64,000 nucleotides of DNA from the NCBI GenBank assembly GCA_043228905.1, contig JBHGNT010000020.1, forward strand, positions 9,610,001 through 9,674,000. Direction: 5' to 3'. Positions within the stretch are counted from its first letter, which is position 1. Each line of letters opens with the position of its first letter. Source of the stretch: Azolla caroliniana. Taxonomy: Eukaryota; Plantae; Polypodiophyta. This document shows, in pieces, positions 1-10,458 of this stretch. Under the pieces are notes generated by a model. That model made no database searches. It saw only the letters and a list, made by a program, of their open reading frames with translations, and was not told the DNA's origin. Made by a program: the position numbers and the translations under genes.

Positions 1-174
1 CTTTTTGTTTTCCGTGCATAAGAGTCAGTGTAGCGTGCGCAAACTCTCTCTCTCTCACTCTCTCTCTCATGTTGGTTGCCTATGGGATGTGTCCGGAGTA
101 GGTTTCTCGGCATCCCTTCCTCTCTCGTTCGAGACCCCCGTGGTCCCGCCCCTTCTACACGCATGCGCGTAACA
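1..174 (+). mobile_element. 3' end of an LTR (partial, runs off window start), inserted into or abutting the integrase of the next gypsy element
   Basis: Ends ...GCGTAACA. Its last ~45 nt (CCCCCGTGGTCCCGCC...TACACGC) resemble the U5 end of the 3451-4065 LTR read on the minus strand (CCCCCATGGTCCCGCC...TACACGC). Integrase-like coding begins right after. Confidence 0.5.
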
Positions 175-184
175 ACGCAACACC

Positions 185-1314
185 GGGTGGTGACGAAGAA
201 GGAAGAATAGTCGATGCTCCTGTCGGAGTTCCATGAGAGTCCCTGGTCTAGACACCAAGGAATGTGGGCCACATTCGAAAAACTAAAGGAAAGGTATTGG
301 TGACCCAAAATGTACAAGGACGTGCACCACTTTGTAACGTCATGCGAGAGTTCTCAAGTGCACCAGGACGAGCTGCAGTCGACCTACCCGCCATTCATTC
401 ACTTTAAATGGATGGTCGACCTGGTGATGATGCAGATAGGGGTGGGGCAGATAAGGTACCTGGAGCTCACGAGAGAAGACCTAACGAACCAGGTGGAGGG
501 TCGGGCCTTAACAAACAAGACGACTACCACGGTTTGCAAGTACTTGGTCGACTATGTCATCTGCTAATCATGGGGAGCTAAACGCACAGGACGCGGAGGA
601 GTTCTTTGACTGACTAGGGGTTAAGATCTCCCTCACCATGGCGTACAATCCAGAAGCGAACGGGAAGGTAGAGAGAAGTGAAAGTGCTAGTGCGAGCATG
701 CGACAGACAAGTTGGGAACTGGATGAGGCTTCTTCCTTACGTTTTGTGGGCCGAATGAACCACACACAGTTTGGTGACCGGGTACATGTTGGCCGAACTC
801 ATCTCTGGGCAAAAACCAATCATGCTTGTGGAGCGGACAATCTCTTCGTGGATGGTGGTCGTCTAGACAGAGGAAATGAGCCATTGGAGGAGCTGTTGGC
901 GGCACGAATCTGACAGCTTGAGCAAAAACCAGAAGACATAGAGCGAACGACAGTGAGAGTGGAGGAGGCACAGAGGAAGAACAAGGGCCAGTTCGACCAG
1001 ACATACCGGCTCAGGCCGAACAAGATCGAAGAAGGCGACTAGGTGCTGGTCTACAATAGCAGCCTCGACAACTAGCACCGGTCAACCCAAAAATTTGCGA
1101 TGCATTGGTTGGACCTTACGTGGTGACGAGTGTGAACAACAATGCAACGTACCACCTAGCGGAGCTTGACGAAACAAGGATCATGGTACCGGTTGCGGCG
1201 AAACGGATCAAGGCCTTCAAGAAACGGCACGAAGCGGAACCGGATCCGGAGATCGAAGACGGAAGCGCGGGCGAGGGCGAGCAGTCGGATGAGGACAAGT
1301 CCGGCGGCGAGTAA
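185..1314 (+). pseudogene. Gypsy integrase, disrupted (stops, frameshifts)
   Basis: HHCC zinc-binding remnant, core motifs and C-terminal GPY motif spread over ORFs 310-567, 638-913 and 1105-1314. Confidence 0.85.
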
Positions 1315-1386
1315 AGGTCGAGCCGGAATCTCCACCGCTGCACTACTTGCCACATGTCGGAGGATGTGCGGTTTGGTGGGGGTGGA

Positions 1387-1833
1387 TGTCATGAAGAATT
1401 CTAGCCATATGAAGAAAGAGTTGTGGATAGGCATGTGAACGAGGGTGTGAAAGTAGGCACAAAACACAAGGACCGGAGTACAAGAAATGTAAATATGTGT
1501 TTACTATTTTTAAAAGTGCTAGGTAGAGTAGTTAATGGGTACTTTATGACCCACACATACAAAGAATAAGAATAAGTTTAGATGGAGAGAACCGAGGGCA
1601 ATCTCTAGCCGAAAGGGCTATCATTTACTTGCGATGCAACGGCCTCCCCTTGTTCTATAAAAGGGGTGGCTCTAAACTGTTTTGGGGTCCACCGTTTGGA
1701 GAAAGAAGTTTTGTCGGTTTGAGACCCGATCTCTATTGTTCCCTCTGTTTTCTGTTCTGTGCTGATTTTGGGAAGAAGGTGGAGTCCTCTACTCACGTAG
1801 GAAGCCCATGTGCTCCTGACCAAAGGCATGTCA

Positions 1834-1900
<67 letters not shown>

Positions 1901-2286
1901 CGTGCGCGCGCGCACGTGTGTGTAGAGCTTGAAGCTCTGCTGCCGGCCGCGACCAATTGTACTCTCTCCATGTTCTCTATTAATCATTAATTTACTAAGT
2001 TTCTCCATGTGTTGTGCATCCCCGTGTCCTTATCTCTGTTCTATTTCTGTTTGAGTGCATGTATCCAAGTACGTGAGCCCATGTGTTCTTTGTCACTATT
2101 TGGCAACCGATCCGGAACAATATTCGATTCTGTGCCAGTGTGCTCACTGTCTAGCATCCCGGCATCCACCGAAGTAGATACGCGTCCAAAAACCATTCCG
2201 GAAAACCTTCTTCTCTCACCGGCTCCTTGGTCCGAGACCTTGATGGTCCTGCCTGTTTCGACACGTACCCACGGAAATCCGCGACA
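1387..2286 (+). repeat. 3' LTR (TGTC...GACA) containing a (GT)n microsatellite
   Basis: Starts TGTCATGAAGAATTCTAGCC, resembling TGTCGTGAAGAAAACTAGCC at the start of the 4065-3451 LTR. TATAAAA near 1656. Confidence 0.65.
1838..1892. repeat. (GT)n microsatellite
   Basis: Direct reading. Confidence 0.98.
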
Positions 2287-2289
2287 ACG

Positions 2290-2467
2290 TGGATAAAGTG
2301 TGAGGGTTAAACAAGAGTGTAAAGAAGGGAGGATTACTTTTAATCCTAGGAATTGAGAAAACCCATAAGGGCCAAGTGTGAACTTGTTTGGGAGCCTTAG
2401 GTCTGGCTATAAATATGAAGTAATCCTCCCTTCTTTACACTCTCGTTTAACCCTCACACTTTATCCA
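2290..2467. repeat. 50-bp inverted repeat (49/50) with 78-nt spacer; MITE/foldback-like
   Basis: Arm 2290-2339 is the reverse complement of arm 2418-2467 with one mismatch. Confidence 0.9.
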
Positions 2468-2499
2468 TGTGTATAGAATACTATGGTACAAACTTACTA

Positions 2500-3145
2500 C
2501 AGGATAATTTATGTTCATGCCCGTAACATAGGCCATGGCGTGAGATACAACTTGTACCCACTCACTGTGATCAGTCGGGAAGGATCACTAAATGTAGTTG
2601 AATTCCTGACTCCATCATTGTGGTATGCTGACTCGGCCACATGTCACAAACTGGGCTTGAAAGACTTTCGGCACTTGGCTACATCCCAAAGCTCAATCAT
2701 GTTGAGTCTAACTTCTGCGAGCATTGCCAATATGGGAAACAGACCCAAAATCCTCACACTACGAGATGGTACGAAAGCCATTAGAGTTGATCCACAGTGG
2801 CATCTGCGAGTTGATGCCCAAAAGATCTCTAAGCGATGCACGGTACTTCATCATGTTCGTAGATGGTTGTACACGCAAAGTATGGGCTTATTTGATTAAG
2901 TCTAAAGACAAAGCGCTTGAAAGTTTCACTTGGTGGCTAATTGAAGTTGAAAATTGGTTCAACTATAAGGTAAAGACCCCACGGTTGGACAATGTAGGAG
3001 AATACACCTTAAAATCCTTCGTCAAGTACCTATCCGAAAGAGGGATCCCACATGAATGAATAGTTCCCTACACCCCAATGCAAAATGGTGTAGCAGAACG
3101 AATGAACCAAACCATTCAAGAACGAGTGACAGCAATGCTCCAGCC
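2500..3145 (+). pseudogene. Ty1/copia GAG-pre-integrase + integrase core fragment
   Basis: KPLELIHSGICE..ARYFIMFVDGCTRKVWAYLIKSKD, LDNVGEYT, PYTPMQNGVAERMNQTIQE; frameshifted. Confidence 0.85.
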
Positions 3146-4065
3146 TGTACCTCGAGCACCTCTGTGTGGATGCCCGGTGTCGCCACCCGAGGGAACCCGG
3201 CCAGATGCCTATCCTCCGGAATGTCACTCATCACCATCTCGGCTCGGTAGGCCACCAAATAGCTCGTGGCGTCCTTCCCACCAAATCGTCCTATCGTGCC
3301 GACAATTGCTTCAATGGCCCTGTCGAGGGCGCCCGTGCCCTCGCGAGCACTTACTATCCGATCGACCGCTGCCGCCATGGCTTCGGCAAGCTCCGATCCC
3401 CTCATCTTCGACTCCTCTGCCGCCCGGTTTCACGTCGGGTTCACCAAATATGTCGTGTTATTTCACTTACGCGTGTAAAATAAGGCGGGACCATGGGGGC
3501 CCTGAACCGAGGACCAAGAGAGACAAGAGGAAGTGAGAAGCACACAAGTGTAAGGCCTGCTAGACCTGTCAGCAACCGACAACACTTGCCCGTTGAATGA
3601 ATCACCAACGCGTATACCGACTTAATCAAGAAGCACACTCGAGAGAAATGAAAGAGGAGACTCCCAGAAACACAGATAGATGAAAACAAGAGATTCAATT
3701 TCAATAACAGTGACGATTACAACGATTGCAACCCTGTAGAGAACGATGATATAGGAGGAGAGAGCTCGGTTCCCAGTCCGACAGCGCCTCGACCTTGCCC
3801 AAAATGTGATATCTTCTTCTTCTTCTCTCCTCCCTTTTATAGGTCGCCAAGGAGGCCGTTACATCAAAACACGTCAACTTTATTCTCTGTCCCTTCAGAC
3901 GGAGATACGCATCGATTTCCTAATAAATATGTCATACCTAGTATATTTACATCAGTCGTCCTATTCCTAGTTATGTACAATGTATCAATTCGCGCACACT
4001 CGTGCAAGGGCGGGTTCACGCCTTTAATTCCTTAATTCCTCTTAGGGCTAGTTTTCTTCACGACA
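3146..4065 (-). mobile_element. Truncated Ty3/gypsy: 5' LTR (4065-3451), tRNA-Trp PBS, gag N-terminus; inserted into LINE RT
   Basis: LTR TGTCGTG...CACGACA. PBS TGGTGAACCCGACGTGAA 4 nt downstream on the minus strand. Gag GRFGGKDATSYLVAYRAEM is similar to RQFNGKDVSRYLQDYKAEM of the 19 kb element. Confidence 0.85.
3429..3446 (-). promoter_or_regulatory. Primer binding site complementary to tRNA-Trp 3' end
   Basis: TGGTGAACCCGACGTGAA is complementary to ...TTCACGTCGGGTTCA+CCA, the plant cytosolic tRNA-Trp 3' end as I recall it. Confidence 0.8.
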
Positions 4066-4435
4066 ACATCTAAACCACTTTCTAGCTTTTGTTGATTTTC
4101 CAAGTCCCCTTGTAGGTAGACCGCGGTGTCATCTGCAAATTCTATATCCAGCATCCTTTGGTGAGAATGCGGCACCCGAAGACCACGTAGGTTTAGTTGT
4201 CGCGAGTTGAGAAAACTAGAGAGTGATTCGGCGTATAAAAGAAATAAGGATGGAGCTAGTGGGCATCCCTGTCATACAGACCGCGATAGCCGGAAGAAGG
4301 GGCCCCTTTCACCTGCTAATGAAACACAATTGTTGGCATTCCTATAAAGTCTTGTAATGCCTTGGATCCATGACTCTTGAAAGCCGATTTTCCCCATCAC
4401 AGTTTCTAGAAAGTTCCAGCATACCCTGTCATATG
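4066..4435 (-). pseudogene. LINE ORF2 RT fragment (QGCPLAP, FADD)
   Basis: Minus-strand translation YDRVCWNFLETVMGKIGF...SRSV*QGCPLAPSLFLLYAE...IEFADDTAVYL. Confidence 0.9.
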
Positions 4436-4924
4436 TGTTACCCGGACAAGTGGGGAAGCGTCGGAGTCGGAAATATAGAAGGTCTCCTCGGAGTCGAAGT
4501 TGGAGTTGGAGTCGGATCGGTATAAAGGATCGATGAGTCGGCATTTTGCCGAATTAAACTAAAACCGAAATTATAGTTAGTTATAGATTTTTGTAGTTCT
4601 TGCCATTTTTGGCAATATGTTTTCTTGATGAGAAAGTCCTTCCAGTTGCCTATAAAAGGAACCGAAGGCAATTTAAAGATCTATCGTTTTATTTAGTAAT
4701 ATAAAGTTTAGTTTAGGAAATCTCTGTGCACTAAGCGCTTTGTCAATCTATTTCCTTCTGTCAGAACTTTATTACGTAAATAACGATCTCAATGTCTGTT
4801 TAACATCGATAAGTTTACGGCCATTTAGTATTTATTCGTCTAACCACAATTCATTGATAGAACGTTCGGTGAGCAACGTTCAACTTATACTGTGTCGACA
4901 ATATTGGTTGTCGACCGAACAACA
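4436..4924 (+). repeat. 5' LTR
   Basis: TGTTA...AACA; direct repeat of 13256-13739; CCTATAAAAG TATA box. Confidence 0.95.
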
Positions 4925-4935
4925 CATCACAATTT

Positions 4936-4948
4936 TGGCATGCCTGGT
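4936..4948 (+). promoter_or_regulatory. PBS, tRNA-Arg type (TGGCATGCCTGGT, probably deaminated TGGCACGCCCGGT)
   Basis: Begins TGG 11 nt after the LTR end. Resembles the TGGCACGCCC(A/G)GT tRNA-Arg PBS of plant gypsy elements (from recall). Confidence 0.6.
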
Positions 4949-4982
4949 TACATCTGCAATTAGTAGAGAACAAGTCGAACGG

Positions 4983-7900
4983 ATGTCGTCTAGTCTGGAT
5001 ACACCAGTCGGTTGTAAACGTCCTCATACACATTCTATTACGAAGACATTAGAAAAAGATTTGGCTGTAGTGGTACTGCCAAAAACAAGTAGAAGGTGGT
5101 CTGCACTTCCCGATTTAACTGATTGTCAGTCGGACGAAAATCAGGCGGAAGAGGTATCATTTTACGATATCTGGAGTGAAGACAATATGCCTTACCCGTA
5201 TTCTAAATTTTGGGAAGGAGCTGATGCAGAAGCGCATGTTAGGGACCTCTTGACAACATGGGAAATTAACCATGGAGCTCAGAGGCTATCGGTAGCAACC
5301 GAAGACAAATCTAAAATTGCTGAGTTTGTTTTGTACAATTAACCATTCGAACAATTAACCATCAAATTTCTGCAATTATTTCATCGTCAGATTCCTCAGA
5401 AGGATCTGATAGCTCAATTTTATGCGTTATATCAAGAGTCACGTGAAACGGTGTCTCAATTTGTCATCCATTTTCAGAATTTACAACTCTAGATTTCCAG
5501 GCCTATTCCAAACAATGAATTGAAGGATGTATTCCTTGAAGCAATTCGTGTACCATTACGAACAACATTAGCAGTGTTCGATTTCCGAAATCAGACGATT
5601 GAGCAAGTGATTGATAAGGCAATCGCTATGGGCCAAAATCCGAAAAATGTAAGGAATATGGATATGTCGGCATTACATCATACGTTGCCAACTCTAGAGG
5701 AGTTGCAGTTTCGACAATCAATTCAATGTACTACTTGTTTGAATACTGGGCATTCGGCAATAGAATGTACTTTACAAACACATTGCACAATATGTCATTC
5801 TAAACTTCATTCGGTCGAGCAATGTGAATATAATCTACTTAACAAAACAACGGCACCGGTACGACAAATTTTTCCGGAAAATGGGTACCAGAATAACCGG
5901 AGTATGTTCAATAATGGGTACCAAGAAACCGCTCGACAAAATAATTATCAACAGAATCAAGATTTTTCAGTGGCACAAGATAACGACCGTCAACAACAAA
6001 ATGGAGGTCAGTTTAAACAAAATCGTTATATACGAATAAAAAATTCTATAAGCAAAAAGCGTCACGGCAATTTCAACAACCTCCAGATTCTAATGAGGAT
6101 GAAATCATCAATTTGTGCAAGGCGAAGGAAGTGGAACATTTGTTCCTACTTGCTCTATTTGCCGACAAGATGGACATTATGCAAATCAATGTCTATCTAA
6201 AGGAAAAGGAAAAACACATGTTGTGCATATGGTCATGTCGGAAATTCAGCAAGTGACTACCAGAAGTAAAAGTAAACAATCAGAGTGGGAAATTCAGGAC
6301 ATTGTCCGGAAAGCAGCCAAGGAATGGGTAGAAGAAGCAAATAAAAATAATGTGTCCCGAATGCTCCAACACAATGAGATTAATCAAACTAATGAACTGC
6401 CCGGAGCTATGGCCGTACCAGAACAAGAGGAAACTTGGAACATTTTGGCGGATTGCCAAGTGTCATTACCTTTGATGGGATTACTCAAATTAGTTCCTCA
6501 GTTCACAGAGAAAGTGGCAACGTTGATTGCCCAAAAAGGGACAGAACAGGTAGTCGTCCACTATAATCAGCCGAGTAATAGTCCTTCAATTATGGATGAG
6601 CAAAATCCATCTATTAAAGTAATAATCCATGGTCAAGAAATAGAAGGTGCTATTGTCGATGGTGGCTCATGAGTTAATGTAATTAATAAAACTACTTGTG
6701 ATAGGCTTGGCATTACCAAACGGGAAGCATGTCCATTTTGGTTGAGGATGGCCGATACCAGTACAGTACGACCAATCGGTTTACTTCAACAGTTAGATGT
6801 CATGTTAGGTGGGCACACTTTTCAAATATCAGCAGTGATGCTTCATTTGGAAGATCCTGGGGCATATCCTTTGCTATTAGGTCGACCATGGTTAAAAACT
6901 GCTAATATTAAGCAAAATTGGAATCAAAATTTATTGACATTCCGAAAAGGCAAGACGAAAATCCGGGTGTCTACTTAGAATAAGATTACGATGAGCAAAC
7001 AATGTTTGCCAATTCATGCGGAGGCCGTAAATATGATAGAAGGACTAGATGAGGTTGAAGAGAATCATTATTTTAATGATAACCCAAAAATTATTCATTT
7101 GTTCGAAGTAGACATATTACAAACCCTGACACCGTACGTGGATTCACAAGAGGAATTACCACTAGATGAGCAAACAATGAAAGAACTCTGAATGCAACGG
7201 GTATCTCAACGGGTCCAGGTTTCGGCATTAGAGGAAGTAAATTTGGCAGAAGATGATAATGGGCTTGAGCCGAAAACAGTATTGGTTGCTAAAGATATGA
7301 TGGTGGCGGATAAGCAACGGTTAATTGGGTTACTAAAGCAATATAAGGATGTCTTTGCTTGGTCTTTTGAAGACATGAAAGGGTTAGATCCAGCTTTCTG
7401 CCAACACCAAATTAACTTGCATAAAGATGCGAAACCGGTTCAACAACGCAAGTATCGTTTAAATCCTATTATGCAATTAAAGTTAAAGAGGAAATAGATA
7501 AACTCCTAAAAGTAGGCTTTATTAGACTTGTAAAAAAAGCTACATGGTTGAGTCCTATTGTAGTCGTTCCGAAAAAGAATGGGAAAATTCGGGTATGCGT
7601 TGACTACCGGAAACTAAATGCAGCAACAGTAACGAACGCATTTCCATTACCATTTACGGATGGTATATTGGATGCAGTAGATGGTCATGAAATGTATAGT
7701 TTCCTGGATGGATTTAGTGGCTATAATCAAGTAAGGATGCATCTGGAGGATCAAGAGAAGACAGCCTTCATTACGGAATGGGTAGTGTTTGTGGTAGTAG
7801 TAATGATGTTCGGATTAAAAATAGCTCCAGCCACATTTCAAAGGGTTATACAGGAAATCTTTGCGGAATACATTCCCACATTTATGCAAGTTTTCCTGGA

Positions 7901-10105
7901 TGATTTTGCAGTTTATAGTCGGAAATCCGAACATTTCGAACATTTATGACTATGCTTGGAGCAATGTCAAAAAGGTCGGCTCAATTTGAATCCGGCAAAA
8001 TGCGCGTTCGGAGTTACCAGTGGAGCATTGTTAGGCCATATTGTCAGCCAAGAAGGAATTGCAGTTGAACCAGACAAGGTCAGAGCCATATTAGAAGCAC
8101 CAGCACCTACAAACGCTAAGGGCCTTAGTCGGTTCTTGGGGCAGATTATATGGCATAGCAGAATGATTAGATATCTTGCAGATGTTGCCATTCCTCTACA
8201 CACAACGGTGCATAAAGTTCCTTTTCAATGGACAAGTGTGGACCTGGATGCATACGAGTGCCTCAAGAAAATGTTGTCTAAGGTTCCGGTGGTTCAACCA
8301 CCTGATTGGAATAAACCCTTCCATGTGTTCGTCGATGCATTGGATATCGCAATCAGCAATGCACTTACGCAGTTATCCAAACCGAATTGGTATAGACCAT
8401 TGTATTACGCTAGTCGGAAACTCTCGACAACAGAAAGGAATTATTCAACAACCGAGAGGGAAGCGTTAGGAATGATTTATAGTGTCAATAAATTTCGCCA
8501 CTACCTTTTGGGCAAGAAATTTACATTCCATGTCGATCATTCTGCTCTCCTCGATTTGGTCTCTAAACAAGAATTAACTAGTAAGCTGGCACGATGGATG
8601 CTACTACTTCAAGAATTTGAGTTTGACATATTACATTGGCCAAGGGTACAGCATGTGATTGCTGATTATCTTAGCCGACTAGAGTCGGGAGAAGAAGGCA
8701 TAGGTGTGAGAGATGATTTTCCGGATGGACAACTCTTTCGAGTGGAAGCAGTACGGGTAAAGGAAATAAATGAAGAAAGCGAGGATGCTTGGATCTCCGA
8801 GATGACAATCTTTCTTACAACAGGGTTACCACCCAAGCATCTATCGGTGGATGAAAGAAAAAGGTTAGTCATTCGTAGTCGGAATTTTTGTCTTTTGAAT
8901 GACACTCTCTATCATAAAGGTGCAGACAGAATTTGGAGAAGGGCAGTACAACAATTTGAGAAATCGGTAATTCTCCGAGAATCTCATTGTGATAGTGCAG
9001 GTGATCATTACGCCGGAGAAACTACAGCCCGAAAAATATGGAATAGTGGCTTATGGTGGCCGACAGTAATGAAGGATGCAGTTGACTATTGTCAAAAATG
9101 TGATTTATGTCAGAGACTGGGGCAACCCACAGAAAAGGATAGAATGCCTTTCCAACCTGTTTTGCCTTTGGAGCCATTTCAAAAATGGGGATTGGATTTT
9201 GTCGGTCCATTTAAACCAGCAGTCATACGTATAGGTAATCATTACATTATAGTCGCCACAGATTACTGTACAAAATGGGTAGAAGCTAAACCTCTCAGAG
9301 ACAATACGACAGCATCAACAACCAAATTTTTGTACGAAAATATATGGTGTCGATTCGGGTGTCCGATAGAATTAGTAAGCGATCAAGGTACACATTTCAT
9401 TAATAAAATTGTACATGAGTTATCCACATATTATGTAGTGGTTCATAAGAAGAGCACTCATTACTATCCACAAGAAAATGATTAGCAGAGTCGACAAATA
9501 AAACACTGTAGACAATACTCAAAAAGATAGTCAATGAAAATCGTACAGATTGGGATCAAAAGCTTCATAGTGCTTTATGGGCATATCGGACGTCTTATAA
9601 AACATCTATTAAATCAACTCCTTTCCGAATGGCTTTTGGGTTAGAAGCCGTAATGCCAGTAGAATTTCAGATTCCGACACTCCGAATACAAGCAACCGAA
9701 AAGTTAAATGAACTACGGTTAGAACAAATTCGGAAAGAAGCCTTATTGCTTTTAGAAGAAGAATGAATACAGGCCATGTCAGCTTTGGAACACAAGCAAA
9801 GGCAAACAAAGACATTTGTCAATCGGCACAGACGTCAGACCGAAACACAGTTCGAAATCGGAAAACCGGTACTAGTATTCCAAACAAAGATGGGGGCAAT
9901 GCCGAGAAAATTACGATTTCGATGGACAGGACCAATTTGGATCGTGAACAGCAAAAATGGGACGTATCAAGTTGGTGCATTATCAGGCAAGATTTTACCA
10001 AAATGGGTAAATGGTTTCCGGCTTAAACCGTATCACGGGCCAATGCCGGAAAACCCATTTAAAGTCAAAGCTGATGCAAAGTGGCGTGGCATACGTCACA
10101 CCTAA
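4983..10105 (+). pseudogene. gag-pol polyprotein (gag with 3 Zn knuckles, aspartic protease, RT, RNase H, integrase), disrupted
   Basis: CTTCLNTGHSAIEC, CTICHSKLHSVEQC, CSICRQDGHYANQC; AIVDGGS; SPIVVVPKKNGKIRVCVDYRKLN, FLDDF; [17 protein letters not shown]; [19 protein letters not shown]. Confidence 0.92.
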
Positions 10106-10458
10106 AAATAAAAATAAACTAACTAACTATAGATTATCTTGGCAAAAGACAACTAACTGTCCAAAGGAAAATCTTGGAAAAGACTTGGACAGACTATAAG
10201 TAAAGGGGTAGTGGAGGCATGCAACTAACAGTCATTATCGTTATTCCTAGATTTTTACTTACATTAATAGTATCTTTTCTATTCCCTAGGCATCATGCAA
10301 CGTGTTATTTCATTAAAACCTATTTCTACAACGTCTTTTTCACCACAAAGACAGAAGCGTATACGTGCTGAAAAGTTTTCTGCTCTTCATCGCCATAGCC
10401 TAAAAAGCTCTCTTCACCCCCACCACAGAACTTCGATTCATCAGTCGACGATGAAAAT

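Larger units (their letters stand above)
175..2286 (+). mobile_element. Ty3/gypsy retrotransposon 3' fragment (integrase + G-rich PPT + 3' LTR), same group as the 18245-24741 element
   Basis: Integrase text EFHESPW..RYW*PKMYKDV..SCES, FKWMVDLV, REDLTNQVEGRAL, GPYVVT is closely similar to the 23.4-24.4 kb integrase. G-rich tract GGTGGGGGTGGA precedes TGTCATGAAGAA at 1387. The LTR ends ...CGCGACA at 2286. Confidence 0.8.

Noticed and set aside
9500-10105. Chromodomain or archaeal-type extra RNase H in the gypsy elements
   Set aside because: Integrases end shortly after the GPY-type motif, and no second RNase H motif is visible between RH and IN.
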